Origin: an uncultured bacterium
GTDB lineage: Bacteria > Margulisbacteria > WOR-1 > CAVSGV01
NCBI GenBank assembly: GCA_963699255.1
Contig: OY969425.1
Location: 1,560,001-1,592,000 of the forward strand
Length of the DNA: 32,000 bases
Direction of reading: 5' to 3'
Shown here: positions 8,983-18,940 of the stretch, in pieces
Numbering within the stretch: position 1 is the stretch's first letter
Layout of the letters: each line of letters opens with the position of its first letter
Translations under genes and position numbers: made by a program
The notes under the pieces: model-generated
What the model saw: only the letters and a program-made list of their open reading frames with translations
Databases searched by the model: none
Told to the model about the DNA's origin: nothing

Positions 8983-9786
8983 GTGGCGATGAAGAACTTA
9001 TTTACGAGGTTAAAAGAAAAAGTTTTTAGTGGAGGTAGAAAAACCATGAAAAAGAAAAAACCGGCAAAAAAGACCCGTCCTGCAAAGCGCAAAGCGAAGC
9101 AGGCAAAACCGAAAAAAACGGCGAAGAAGGCAGCGAAGAAGATCGTAAAGAAACCGGCAAAGAAATCCGCTGTCAGGAAGGTAAAAGTTGTCTCAGCGCC
9201 CGTTTTGAAGAAATCAAAAAAAGAAGCGAAGATAAAGAAAGGTCCCCACATAGCGTACCTCGGGCTCGGCAGCAACGTGGGAGACAGGGATGAATACATA
9301 GAGCAGGCGATATTCCTTCTTTCAAAGACACAGGGGATAAAGGTCACGAAGAAATCCGCAAATTACGAGACAGAGCCGGAGGGCAACACGGACCAGCCCA
9401 AATTCCTTAACCTGGCGGTTCAGATACAGACAACGCTGGATCCTTACAAGCTCCTTTCGGTCCTCCATGATACGGAGAATGCATTGGGCAGGGAGCGCGA
9501 CGTGGAGTGGGGCCCCAGGACGATAGACCTGGACCTACTGCTTTACGATGATCTTATAATAAGCGACGACAAGCTCCAGATACCGCACCCGCTGCTTCAC
9601 GAGAGACTATTCGTCCTTAAGCCGCTTTCGGAGATCGCCCCGAATGCTGTACATCCGGCGCTGGAAAAGACGATCGCGGAAATATATGAGGAAAGAAAGA
9701 ACGACATCGGCGAAAAATATGATGATGAGCTGCCCGGATTCAAGGAAATAAAGAAGGGCACACCCGACGACTACGAGCGCTGGTGA
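8983..9786 (+). CDS. folK: HPPK (FolK) with an approximately 87-aa Lys/Ala-rich N-terminal extension
   Basis: [84 protein letters not shown]. Confidence 0.92.
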   Translation: MAMKNLFTRLKEKVFSGGRKTMKKKKPAKKTRPAKRKAKQAKPKKTAKKAAKKIVKKPAKKSAVRKVKVVSAPVLKKSKKEAKIKKGPHIAYLGLGSNVGDRDEYIEQAIFLLSKTQGIKVTKKSANYETEPEGNTDQPKFLNLAVQIQTTLDPYKLLSVLHDTENALGRERDVEWGPRTIDLDLLLYDDLIISDDKLQIPHPLLHERLFVLKPLSEIAPNAVHPALEKTIAEIYEERKNDIGEKYDDELPGFKEIKKGTPDDYERW

Positions 9787-10205
9787 TCGCAACTAGGAAC
9801 CGCAAAGAGACCATACTTCTCGGCGAACGCATCGGAAAATCCCTCAAGGCAGGTGACGTTGTCGCGCTGTGCGGCGAGCTTGGAGCGGGAAAGACCACAC
9901 TGATCCAGGGAATCGCAAAGGGGCTCGGGATCAAGGATTGGGTGACAAGTCCTACCTTTACAATAATCAACGAGTTCAAGGGCCCGGTCGATCTGTATCA
10001 CATGGACCTTTACCGGATCGACAGGATAGATGAAGCCTTTGAAGATGAGATGGAAGAATATTTCACAAAGGGCGGGGTCACGGTGATAGAATGGGCGGAG
10101 AAAGCAAGGAAAATCCTTCCTGAAAGAACGAAAGAAATTAAATTGAAGATCTTGTCGGAGAATGAACGGATGATAGAGATCAAGGGGATAGAGATCAGAG
10201 ATTAG
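9783..10205 (+). CDS. tsaE: tRNA threonylcarbamoyladenosine biosynthesis ATPase TsaE
   Basis: [54 protein letters not shown]; GTG start overlapping the folK stop. Confidence 0.93.
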   Translation: MIATRNRKETILLGERIGKSLKAGDVVALCGELGAGKTTLIQGIAKGLGIKDWVTSPTFTIINEFKGPVDLYHMDLYRIDRIDEAFEDEMEEYFTKGGVTVIEWAEKARKILPERTKEIKLKILSENERMIEIKGIEIRD

Positions 10206-10249
10206 AGATCAGAAATGATAAGTAAGAAGTTAGAAGTGAGAAGTAAGAA

Positions 10250-10933
10250 ATGAAAGACGCGAAGGTCCTCGGTATAACAAGCGGGATCGGCATTATCGGC
10301 GCCGGTATATGCGGCGAAGATACCGTTCTGGCGGAGTGTTCCGTTTCTGGAAAGATCGTCCAGACGGAGAGGCTGATATCGCTCATCGATGATGTCCTCA
10401 AAAGAACAAAGCTCAGAATAAAAGACATCGATGCCGTTAGCGTCACCAACGGGCCCGGTTCATATTCGGGCCTCCGCGGAGGGCTGGCCACCGCGAAAGG
10501 GTTCGTGGAAGCGCTGGATATCCCCATTATCTCGGTCTCGACGCTTCACGCGATAGCTTACAATTTCGCAGACATTGAAGGGACCGTTGCCGTAGCCGTG
10601 AACGCCTGCAGGGATGATTATAATTTTTCCCTGTGGGGATCGAGCGGAGGTAAACTGAAAAGATTGACGGCAGACATTACTGTAAAGATCGACAGGATAA
10701 TCGAGGTCATGTCTTCCGTTAAAGGGAAGATCACTCTGGCTGCCGACGCAACGTTGAAAAAAACGGTCAAAAGCGATAATATTCTGCTCGCGGATCCGAG
10801 GAATACGGTCCCATGGGCCATGAATGTGGCGAGGATAGGTCTTGAGAAGCTGAGGAATAAAGAAGTCGAGGACTACATCAAGCTCTCGCCATCTTATTCG
10901 CACAAGCCGAACATAAGGGAGTACAGGAAATGA
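10250..10933 (+). CDS. tsaB: tRNA threonylcarbamoyladenosine biosynthesis protein TsaB
   Basis: LKIKDIDAVSVTNGPGSYSGLRGGLATAKGFVEALDIPIISVSTLHAIA. Confidence 0.88.
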   Translation: MKDAKVLGITSGIGIIGAGICGEDTVLAECSVSGKIVQTERLISLIDDVLKRTKLRIKDIDAVSVTNGPGSYSGLRGGLATAKGFVEALDIPIISVSTLHAIAYNFADIEGTVAVAVNACRDDYNFSLWGSSGGKLKRLTADITVKIDRIIEVMSSVKGKITLAADATLKKTVKSDNILLADPRNTVPWAMNVARIGLEKLRNKEVEDYIKLSPSYSHKPNIREYRK

Positions 10934-11704
10934 TACTGGACGAGATTGTAAAAGAAAAGCTGGTAGAGGTGGAAGCGCTTAAGGAGAAGATCAAGCTGCC
11001 GTTTGATATTGATAAGAGATACCCTGCCGAAGATCCGCGATTTCAAGAAAGCGATAACCAGGCGCGGCATGAACCTTATAGCCGAAACGAAAGCCGCATC
11101 GCCTTCCGCGGGAATGATATTCGATAAATATGCCCCCGAGAACATCGCCGCGATATATGAAAAAGCCGGGGCGGCAGCCGTATCCGTTCTGACCGACGCG
11201 ATATATTTCAACGGGAGCATCGATGACCTTGAGAGGGTAAAGAACTCGATCGGCCTCCCGGTCCTGAGAAAAGACTTTATAATCGATGAGGTCCAGATAT
11301 ACGAATCACGGCTTGAGGGCGCGGATGCAATACTTCTTATAGCCAGGATACTCGGCCGTGATGAGCTTGAAGATTTTATCAAGCTCACGGAGCAGCTCGG
11401 GATGGACGCGCTCGTGGAGGCGCACAATGCGAAAGAGGCGAGGTCGGCCCTTGACGCCGGCGCCAGGCTGATCGGGATAAACAACAGGGACCTGGACACT
11501 CTCAAAGTCGACCTGGATAACACCATCAGCATCATAAATGAGGTCCCCGAGCTGAAAAAGAAAGTGATCGTCTCGGAGAGCGGAATAAGCGAGAAGAGCC
11601 AGGTGGACCTTCTTCGCGCGGCGGGCGTGAAAGCCGTTCTCGTCGGCGAGGCGATACTTAAGAGCCCAGACATGCGCGTAAAGATCAGGGAACTGGTAGA
11701 ATGA
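10930..11704 (+). pseudogene. trpC: Indole-3-glycerol phosphate synthase, reading frame interrupted by a +1 shift near 11005-11030
   Basis: N-term MILDEIVKEKLVEVEALKEKIKLPF in frame 1; DTLPKIRDFKKAI...LIAETKAASPSAG...VLRKDFIIDEVQIYE...LIGINNRDLDTLKVD...VSESGI in frame 2. Authentic frameshift or assembly error is unresolved. Confidence 0.85.
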
Positions 11705-11749
11705 ACGGGTCGGGGATCAGCGTATCATTATATAAATATAGAAAAGAGC

Positions 11750-12220
11750 TTATTTGGTTTCAACAGGAGTCCAAGGCACAATTACCTTGCCATCTTTATC
11801 TGTGATGGAATACTGATAACTTTTTACGCCTGATTCCTGGCCAACATTTGCCCAGGAGACCTTGAGCTGGTTTAAATCATTTATATTGGTTTCAACAGGA
11901 GTCCAAGGCACAATTACCTTGCCATCTTTATCTGTGATGGAATACTGGTAACTTTTTACGCCTGATCCTTGATTGCCAACAGGAGTCCAAGGCACAATGG
12001 TCTTGCCATCTTTATCTGTAATAGAATACTGATATTCTTTATATTCTGCATATTCTGCAATGCCTGATTCCGGATCTTCAGATGGCCACGTGGCTTTGAG
12101 TTGGCTTGAACTTTTATTGGTTTTTTTGTCATTTCCCGGATTGCCCTTTACCTTGTTTATTATCCCTTTGACGAAACCATACAAACCTTTGTTGACCGGC
12201 TGAATTGCCATGTTCATCAT
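11750..12220 (-). CDS. Repeat protein with Fn3-like YQYSITDKDGKVIVPWTPVE units
   Basis: Three near-identical YSITDKDGKxIVPWTPV units, W/SGI/V-x-x-Y-x-Y-x-I pattern reminiscent of fibronectin-III. Confidence 0.55.
   Translation of the reverse strand: MMNMAIQPVNKGLYGFVKGIINKVKGNPGNDKKTNKSSSQLKATWPSEDPESGIAEYAEYKEYQYSITDKDGKTIVPWTPVGNQGSGVKSYQYSITDKDGKVIVPWTPVETNINDLNQLKVSWANVGQESGVKSYQYSITDKDGKVIVPWTPVETK
11756..11970. repeat. 132-bp-period direct repeat within the 11750-12220 CDS
   Basis: ggtttcaacaggagtccaaggcacaattaccttgccatctttatctgtgatggaatactg starts at 11756 and again at 11888. Confidence 0.9.
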
Positions 12221-12407
12221 CCTCCTTATGAAAAGAGACTTTGGACCATCATTTTCAGCTGCCTTATTTTACTCTATATTCTGTCGACAAACAATGCAAA
12301 GGCCGATCCAAAATCAGTATGTTATCATGACCCTCCAGGGGCGGGCCATGAAAAAGATCAGGGAATTAGTAGGTTGAAATCGAACAAACGTCTGTTATAA
12401 TCTTGCC

Positions 12408-12827
12408 ATGAAAAAAGACAAGCTCAGCAAAATGCAGTTCATAGTGAACAACGGCATAATCTACAACAAGAGGGACATGCTCATGCTCATCCGCGACCTG
12501 GGGAAAGTCTCATATTTCGAGCTGTCCGCCGGAAAGGTCGTAAGCAAGGGAAAGGGCTATGTGATGAGGGTCTGCTCCAATTCCGAGGAGCCCACTCTGT
12601 TCCTGGGAGGGCGGATATACATCAACGTGGGCAGCTTCAATTATCTGAAGCTGAAGAAGATAAAGGATGCCGACAACACTCTGTTCGAGCTTGTGGGCGA
12701 AGAGAGAACGATAAAACTCGTCCCGGACACATCCGATAAATCAGCGCTCCTGCCGGAGGAGTTCGCGGAGAACTTCATCGGGCTTGAAGGCATATTCCCT
12801 CCGGACTTCGACGCACCAGTTAACTGA
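12408..12827 (+). CDS. Hypothetical protein
   Basis: Complete ORF, codon content like its neighbours, TATAAT at 12396-12401 upstream; no family recognised. Confidence 0.65.
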   Translation: MKKDKLSKMQFIVNNGIIYNKRDMLMLIRDLGKVSYFELSAGKVVSKGKGYVMRVCSNSEEPTLFLGGRIYINVGSFNYLKLKKIKDADNTLFELVGEERTIKLVPDTSDKSALLPEEFAENFIGLEGIFPPDFDAPVN

Positions 12828-12855
12828 GCTTAATGATCTATCCCGAGGTGAACAT

Positions 12856-13623
12856 ATGAAAAAACTATCGCTCATTCTTCTTGTCTGCATCACTTTTGCC
12901 GGAGGGGCTTTTGCCGGGACGTTCAAGATTACGAGCGTATATGATAAACCGACGGAAATAAAGGCTTACGATAAGGACAGCGGAAAATATTTATGGAGCT
13001 GCACGGATACTTTTACTACGTTTGAATCGGATAGGCAGTCTTTCATCCGCTTCACAGAGGACGGCGAAGGGCAGTACGGCAACGACAAGGGATTCAAGAC
13101 ATGGCACGCGGAATCGATATACCTCTATGAGAACGAGACGATAACCCCGCAAAGCACAAAGATCGAGTTCAAGGACAAGGACGGCGTACTGGTGGGGATG
13201 TTAAGGACGACCTTTGATACTAAAGAGGGGACCGTCAAATGCAAACTGCTGAACGACAAGAAAGAATTTGAATTCAAGGAAGGGCTGATAGATAAGGACG
13301 GCCTGGGAGTGGCGTTCATGAATTATTCAAACGACATACAAAAAGAATTTGTTTTCCCGATGCTGACGAACGAACCGTCTTTTTATAATATGACATTGGT
13401 CGACAAAGGGATAGATATTTTGACCGTTAACGGAGCGACGGTGGAATGCTACAAGATGCAGATGGTCCCGGACCTCGGCTTCCTGGGCATTTTCGCGCCT
13501 TTCGTTCCGAAGACATATTTCTGGTACAGGGCGGCCTTCCCACACGAATTCGTCCGCTACGAGGGACTTGAAAGCGGGCTGAACACCCCGTATATAGTAA
13601 TGAAAGTGGGAGAGCAGAAGTAG
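12856..13623 (+). CDS. Exported hypothetical protein
   Basis: Signal peptide MKKLSLILLVCITFAGGAFA, SD gaggtg; start at ATG 12856. Confidence 0.75.
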   Translation: MKKLSLILLVCITFAGGAFAGTFKITSVYDKPTEIKAYDKDSGKYLWSCTDTFTTFESDRQSFIRFTEDGEGQYGNDKGFKTWHAESIYLYENETITPQSTKIEFKDKDGVLVGMLRTTFDTKEGTVKCKLLNDKKEFEFKEGLIDKDGLGVAFMNYSNDIQKEFVFPMLTNEPSFYNMTLVDKGIDILTVNGATVECYKMQMVPDLGFLGIFAPFVPKTYFWYRAAFPHEFVRYEGLESGLNTPYIVMKVGEQK

Positions 13624-13629
13624 AGCTCA

Positions 13630-13695
13630 GAGATTAGAGATCAGAGATATGAGAAGAATCTAATCTCTAATCTCCGGTCTCTGGTCTCTTTTTTT
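13630..13695 (+). terminator. Putative rho-independent terminator
   Basis: GAGATTAGAGA (13630-13640) pairs with TCTCTAATCTC (13664-13674), followed downstream by a T7 run at 13689-13695. Confidence 0.45.
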
Positions 13696-13701
13696 ATCAT
13701 C

Positions 13702-13730
13702 TTGCCGCTGCAGCAAATCTGTGGCATAAT
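13702..13730 (+). promoter_or_regulatory. Candidate sigma70 promoter of carAB
   Basis: TTGCCG (13702-13707), 17-bp spacer, CATAAT (13725-13730), ATG at 13750. Confidence 0.45.
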
Positions 13731-13749
13731 CACTTTTTAAGTAACACAC

Positions 13750-14832
13750 ATGGCCACAAAATGCATTCTCGCGCTTGAAGACGGATCGATCTTTGAAGGT
13801 TTGGCTTGCGGAGCTCCCGGCGAATCTTACGGTGAAGTTGTTTTCAATACCTCAATGACCGGCTACCAGGAAGTCCTTACCGATCCCTCTTATAAAGGCC
13901 AGTTCGTGACAATGACCTACCCGCTCATAGGCAACTACGGCGTCAATAAAGAGGATATCGAATCCAGAAAACCGTGGGTGGAAGGCTTCATCATGAAGGA
14001 ATGCTCAAAGGTGACATCCAACTGGAGGGCCGTGAAATCCCTGCGCAATTATCTGAAAGAAAATAAGATCGTCGCTATCGAGGGGATCGATACCAGGGCC
14101 CTCACCAAACATCTGAGGGATTTCGGATCCAAGAAGGCCGTCATGTCTACTATTGATTCGGACCGTAAAAGGCTTGTCAAAAAAGCGAAAAATTCACCAA
14201 GCATCATCGGCGTGGACCTCGTTAAGGGAGTGACGTGCAAAAGCAAATATTCATGGAGCAGAAAAGGGAGATACAAGGTCGTCGTGCTCGACTGCGGGAT
14301 AAAATACAACAGCCTCAGGATGCTTGCACAGCGCGGATGCAGAGTGGAGGTCGTTCCCGCATCGACGACAGCTGAGCAGATCCTTAAACTCAAACCGGAC
14401 GGAATGCTTCTTTCTAACGGCCCCGGTGATCCAGAAGGCGTCCTGTATGTGATAGAGACGGTGAAAAAGCTGATCGGCAAGCTGCCGATCTTCGGGATAT
14501 GCCTGGGACACCAGATACTCGGCCTGGCGCTCGGCGGCAGGACCTACAAGCTGAAATTCGGCCACCACGGAGGGAACCATCCTGTGCGCGACCTGGCGAC
14601 GAAACGCGTCGCGATCACGACGCAGAACCACAACTTCTGCCTGGATGTCCGCTCGCTCAAAAAAATAGGCGTGGAGATAACTCACATCAACCTGAACGAC
14701 AACACCGTTGAAGGCATGAGGCATAAAAAGATCCCGTTATTCTCGGTGCAGTACCATCCGGAGGCCGGTCCGGGGCCGCATGACGCGGGATATCTGTTCG
14801 ACAGTTTCATAAAGATGATCAGGGAGAGCTGA
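13750..14832 (+). CDS. carA: Carbamoyl-phosphate synthase small subunit
   Basis: [77 protein letters not shown]. Confidence 0.97.
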   Translation: MATKCILALEDGSIFEGLACGAPGESYGEVVFNTSMTGYQEVLTDPSYKGQFVTMTYPLIGNYGVNKEDIESRKPWVEGFIMKECSKVTSNWRAVKSLRNYLKENKIVAIEGIDTRALTKHLRDFGSKKAVMSTIDSDRKRLVKKAKNSPSIIGVDLVKGVTCKSKYSWSRKGRYKVVVLDCGIKYNSLRMLAQRGCRVEVVPASTTAEQILKLKPDGMLLSNGPGDPEGVLYVIETVKKLIGKLPIFGICLGHQILGLALGGRTYKLKFGHHGGNHPVRDLATKRVAITTQNHNFCLDVRSLKKIGVEITHINLNDNTVEGMRHKKIPLFSVQYHPEAGPGPHDAGYLFDSFIKMIRES

Positions 14833-16499
14833 TGCCGAAACGCAAAGATATTAGATCGATATTGATAATAGGCTCCGGGCCGATAATCATCAGCCAGGCG
14901 TGCGAATTCGACTACTCCGGCACGCAGGCATGTCGAGTATTAAGAAGCGAAGGCTACAAGGTCATATTGATCAACAGCAATCCGGCTACGATAATGACCG
15001 ATCCTTCGGTCGCGGACCGCACTTACATCGAGCCCATAACTCCGGAGATCATCGAAAAGGTCATCAAAAAAGAAAGGCCGGACGCCATACTTCCCACTCT
15101 GGGAGGGCAGACGGCGCTTAACTCTGTCATCGCGGTCCACGACAGCGGAGTGCTGAGGAAATATAAGGTTGAGATGATCGGCGCCGACGCGGCCGCGATA
15201 AAAAAAGGGGAGGACAGGCTCCTTTTCAGGAAGGCGATGGAAAAGATAGGGCTTGATGTCCCGAAAAGCGGTATTGCGCGCAGCTACAAGGACGCTCTGA
15301 GCGTGATAAAGCGCATCGGATTCCCGGTGATAATACGCCCGAGTTTCACTCTGGGAGGCACGGGTCAGGCCGTCGCGTACAACATGGACGAATACAAAAG
15401 GTTCGTTAAGACCGGTCTTGAGGCAAGCCCCATCTCGGAGATCCTTGTGGAGCAGTCCGTCATGGGCTGGAAGGAATTCGAGCTTGAGGTGATGAGGGAC
15501 AAGGCGGATAACGTGGTCATAATATGCTCGATAGAGAATTTTGATCCGATGGGCGTCCACACGGGCGACAGCATAACGGTGGCTCCCATACAGACCCTGA
15601 CCGACTTTGAATACCAGAAGATGAGGGACGCGTCGATCGCGATAATACGGGAGATAGGCGTCGAGACCGGGGGATCCAACATCCAGTTCGCGGTCAACCC
15701 CGATAACGGAAGGATGGTCGTTATAGAGATGAACCCGCGTGTTTCCAGGTCTTCGGCGCTCGCGTCCAAGGCGACGGGATTCCCCATAGCGAAGATCGCC
15801 GCAAAACTCGCAGTCGGCTACACTCTGCCGGAGATACAGAATGACATAACGAAAAAAACCCCGGCCTGCTTCGAGCCGACGATAGATTACTGCGTGGTAA
15901 AGATCCCTCGGTTCACCTTCGAAAAATTCCCGGGTGCGGACACGACTCTCGGCCCGTCGATGAAATCCGTGGGCGAGACGATGTCGATAGGCAGGACGTT
16001 CAAGGAAGCGCTCAACAAGGGCCTGAGGTCGCTTGAGATAAAGAGCTTCGGGCTTGATGATGTCGCGAAGAAGAAGGGCCATGAGCCGACAAGAAAAGAG
16101 ATCATCGACAGGCTGAAAAGGCCGAACGCCGAGAGGATATTCTTCATCAAATACGCGATGGAAGCCGGATTTACCGTGGATGAAATATTCAAGCTGTCTT
16201 TCATCGACAGATGGTTCCTTCAGAACATAAAGGAGATCGTTGACTTCGAAAGATCGCTCGCAAAATTTAAAGGTAAGGCCATTCCTGCTGCCATGCTCCT
16301 TGAAGCGAAGAAGATGGGATTCTCCGATGTGCACCTGGGAAAGCTGCTGGGGACGGACGAGATATCCGTTCATGACCTGAGGAAGAAGCTAAAGATCAAA
16401 CCCGTGTATAAGCTTGTCGATACTTGTTCCGCGGAGTTCGAGGCTTTCACGCCGTATTATTATTCCACATACGAGATGGAAGACGAATCGAGAGTGTAA
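14832..16499 (+). CDS. carB: Carbamoyl-phosphate synthase large subunit, N-terminal half only (555 aa)
   Basis: [49 protein letters not shown] ... [16 protein letters not shown]-stop; TGATG overlap with carA. Confidence 0.95.
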   Translation: MPKRKDIRSILIIGSGPIIISQACEFDYSGTQACRVLRSEGYKVILINSNPATIMTDPSVADRTYIEPITPEIIEKVIKKERPDAILPTLGGQTALNSVIAVHDSGVLRKYKVEMIGADAAAIKKGEDRLLFRKAMEKIGLDVPKSGIARSYKDALSVIKRIGFPVIIRPSFTLGGTGQAVAYNMDEYKRFVKTGLEASPISEILVEQSVMGWKEFELEVMRDKADNVVIICSIENFDPMGVHTGDSITVAPIQTLTDFEYQKMRDASIAIIREIGVETGGSNIQFAVNPDNGRMVVIEMNPRVSRSSALASKATGFPIAKIAAKLAVGYTLPEIQNDITKKTPACFEPTIDYCVVKIPRFTFEKFPGADTTLGPSMKSVGETMSIGRTFKEALNKGLRSLEIKSFGLDDVAKKKGHEPTRKEIIDRLKRPNAERIFFIKYAMEAGFTVDEIFKLSFIDRWFLQNIKEIVDFERSLAKFKGKAIPAAMLLEAKKMGFSDVHLGKLLGTDEISVHDLRKKLKIKPVYKLVDTCSAEFEAFTPYYYSTYEMEDESRV

Positions 16500-16669
16500 G
16501 TAATGGCAATGAAGGCAAGTAAAGGCGGAACATGAAGGCGAAGATGGCATAAGGCTTACGGCATAAGGCGAAAAACTTAAAGTCTGATTTGCCCTGAGCC
16601 GTGTTCACTCAGCCCTAAGCCTTCCTTCTCCTCATTTGCCATCAATCGCCTTCCACATCTTGCCCCAAC

Positions 16670-16942
16670 TTAAAAACTCATCAACGCAAACCCTATGCCG
16701 ATCAACCACAGGACCCATGAGGCTATCCCGTGAAGGAGCCCTAATGTATTCAAGGCAAAATACATTCCGATCGCGAACAGCGCCCTTCCGAAAAATCCTC
16801 CGCCATGATGTCCGTGATGGTGAGTCCATTTGTGCCACGGTTTGCAGCAACTCTTGTCCCCGCACTCCTTCTCCATCTTCTTCCCGATCATCTTTCCTAT
16901 CTCATCCCATCCCTTTTCCGCCTTTACATTCTTTCTTGGCAT
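16670..16942 (-). CDS. Small membrane protein with Cys/His-rich region
   Basis: KECGDKSCCKPWHKWTHHHGHHGGG followed by a hydrophobic C-terminus; alternative overlapping ORFs are less protein-like. Confidence 0.5.
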   Translation of the reverse strand: MPRKNVKAEKGWDEIGKMIGKKMEKECGDKSCCKPWHKWTHHHGHHGGGFFGRALFAIGMYFALNTLGLLHGIASWVLWLIGIGFALMSF

Positions 16943-16962
16943 TCAAATCACCCCCTTTAAAA

Positions 16963-17040
16963 ATTACCAATGACCAATTAACAATTACAAATTAATTTCC
17001 AATGACCCAATTGCCAATTGAGAATTGGCCATTTGTCATT
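16963..17040. repeat. Degenerate short-word intergenic repeat with hairpin
   Basis: attaccaatgaccaattaacaattacaaatt...; AATGAC(17001-17006)..GCCAATT(17013-17019)-GAG-AATTGGC(17023-17029)..GTCATT(17035-17040). Confidence 0.6.
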
Positions 17041-17061
17041 CCTGTTTTCATCACCATAATA

Positions 17062-17691
17062 TCACTTTTCTTTCAAGAAACTTAAGAAAACAGGATCATA
17101 ACGGTACTCTACATTCATTCCCCTTATCGCGCCCGAATGGCTGCCGCCGTCGGAGACCGCGTCAAGAGCGTCTTTAACGGTATAACCCTTGTTCTGAACA
17201 AGATATTTTGCGATTATAAGCCCCGTCCTGTCCGCGCCCCACTTGCAATGTATATACACCGGCTTCTTTAAAGCCTCCTCGATCTTCGCCCACTGCCCCG
17301 CAGTCGGCGCCTTTAACCAGCTCAGTGGCACGTGAAGCCTCTTTATTCCCACCTTGTTCAGCATGCCTACATATCTGGCCTCGATGCTCTTGTCATCCTG
17401 AAGATCGACGACCGTTACGACTCCCCGCGACTTTAGATATTTTAATATGCTCATGACTTGCTTGTCCGGATTCTTGAAGTCGCTGACGGGACCAAGAGGA
17501 TGCCCGCCGGCGTGGATATGTCCGTCTATCACGCGGTAATTGTAGGGCAGGATGCCGGTCCCCGTTACCTTATCGTGTTCATATCTTAGACAACTTGACG
17601 ACGCCTGCGCGCAAAAAGCGGGAACGGACAGCGCGATCGCCGCTACCGCGATCCATACAAGTATTTTTTTCTTCGTATCTATTAGCTTCAT
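17062..17691 (-). CDS. Exported dual-specificity/tyrosine phosphatase-like protein
   Basis: Signal peptide; P-loop HCKWGADRTGLI, GVVTVVDLQDDKS. Confidence 0.8.
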   Translation of the reverse strand: MKLIDTKKKILVWIAVAAIALSVPAFCAQASSSCLRYEHDKVTGTGILPYNYRVIDGHIHAGGHPLGPVSDFKNPDKQVMSILKYLKSRGVVTVVDLQDDKSIEARYVGMLNKVGIKRLHVPLSWLKAPTAGQWAKIEEALKKPVYIHCKWGADRTGLIIAKYLVQNKGYTVKDALDAVSDGGSHSGAIRGMNVEYRYDPVFLSFLKEK

Positions 17692-17724
17692 AAAGTTAGA
17701 TGTAAATTACCCGATCGATAACTA

Positions 17725-17958
17725 TCACTTCTTCTGCCATCTGGGAAGCTTCGCCATCATCTCATCAACGAACTTTTCCGCTTCCTCCTTTGTCTTTCCC
17801 ATGAACTTCATCGCGGCTTCTATCGAGCCTTTCCTCACGTCCTTCTCGGGCTTAAGGAAACCGGTCTTTTCGTCCATACAGTAGAGGCAATATTTGTTGT
17901 TATAGCCGGAAACGGTTTTGCCGTCCATCGGCATCCCGCAGCTTTCGCATGATTTCAT
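17725..17958 (-). CDS. Putative zinc-ribbon protein
   Basis: MKSCESCGMPM...NKYCLYCMDEKTG; CxxC pairs. Confidence 0.7.
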   Translation of the reverse strand: MKSCESCGMPMDGKTVSGYNNKYCLYCMDEKTGFLKPEKDVRKGSIEAAMKFMGKTKEEAEKFVDEMMAKLPRWQKK

Positions 17959-18115
17959 CGCAGATCACCTCTTAGTCCCGAATTCTACTATCACGGCGGG
18001 AAAAATCAAACGTTCTTTTGTTAGGAGTAAGCCAGGGCACAAGATCCATTCTTTCCTGCAACTCATCTGACGAATATATCTACATTAGAGTGAAATTTTC
18101 CCGATTTAATGCCGA

Positions 18116-18142
18116 TAATTAAAGCAGTCACAGCTTTAATTA
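18116..18142. promoter_or_regulatory. Perfect 10-bp inverted repeat upstream of 18167 CDS
   Basis: TAATTAAAGC - AGTCACA - GCTTTAATTA. Confidence 0.6.
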
Positions 18143-18166
18143 CTTAAAAATAAAGGAAGGCATGCG

Positions 18167-18889
18167 ATGGAGATCGAAACAGGACCGGTGATATTGAACC
18201 TTCGAAATACCGGCGGATGGATGAAAAACGCCAAGTATTACAAACATTTACTTGGGACCGAGAACAGTCAAATAATTAAGGCCGTTGATCTGGCATCCAG
18301 GATAATAGAGCCGATGCTTACCGAACTGCAACTCACGGGCAGCAGCTCGCGGAAAGCCGTGAAATACAGAACTTCAGATAAGCTGCCTTTTGTAGCTGAC
18401 GCGCATCTGATACCGATCGCGGTACGCTCGATCGTGCGGACAAAAGGGGATAGTCCGATCGACCTTTTTATCCTGAATTACTTCACCGAACAATATAAAA
18501 GAAATAGAATGAAATTAGATGCGTATCTCGAATCCAGTATCGGCTTTCGTTTTTTACAGAGGGTCACAAAGCTTTATGCCAACAAGTTCGCTGTTGGCTA
18601 CTTCGGCTTCAACTATAAAACAAAGGGAACTCTTGGCCTCTATACACACGCCGGCCTGGATGCGAAATGGGATGAGAATCATCTGGGCTCAAAGATGATC
18701 AGACACTATGGAAATGCTGAGGAATGGCAGGAATTTTGGGCTAATCTCATAATTAACGCACCAGAGATAGGGATCAACGCACCGCAGACGGGTATGCATT
18801 TCAATTATTTCATACAGACATCGCAGATGGCAGAAGAGTCCGCGAGACCCGTTGATAAGGATGTTAAGTTCAGCGAAGTTGGAGCGTAA
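18167..18889 (+). CDS. Hypothetical protein
   Basis: 240-aa ORF with aaggaagg SD; no family recognised. Confidence 0.7.
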   Translation: MEIETGPVILNLRNTGGWMKNAKYYKHLLGTENSQIIKAVDLASRIIEPMLTELQLTGSSSRKAVKYRTSDKLPFVADAHLIPIAVRSIVRTKGDSPIDLFILNYFTEQYKRNRMKLDAYLESSIGFRFLQRVTKLYANKFAVGYFGFNYKTKGTLGLYTHAGLDAKWDENHLGSKMIRHYGNAEEWQEFWANLIINAPEIGINAPQTGMHFNYFIQTSQMAEESARPVDKDVKFSEVGA

Positions 18890-18940
18890 CCTATATTCCG
18901 CCTCTTTAATTAAAGGTACCGTCATTGTATAATCCCTGCC

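Noticed and set aside
9783-9786. folK/tsaE overlap as recoding site
   Set aside because: A short GTGA start/stop overlap is ordinary translational coupling.
14940-16373. 477-aa ORF antisense to carB
   Set aside because: It mirrors a strongly conserved CarB frame; low-complexity Arg/Asp/Tyr-rich composition is typical of shadow ORFs.
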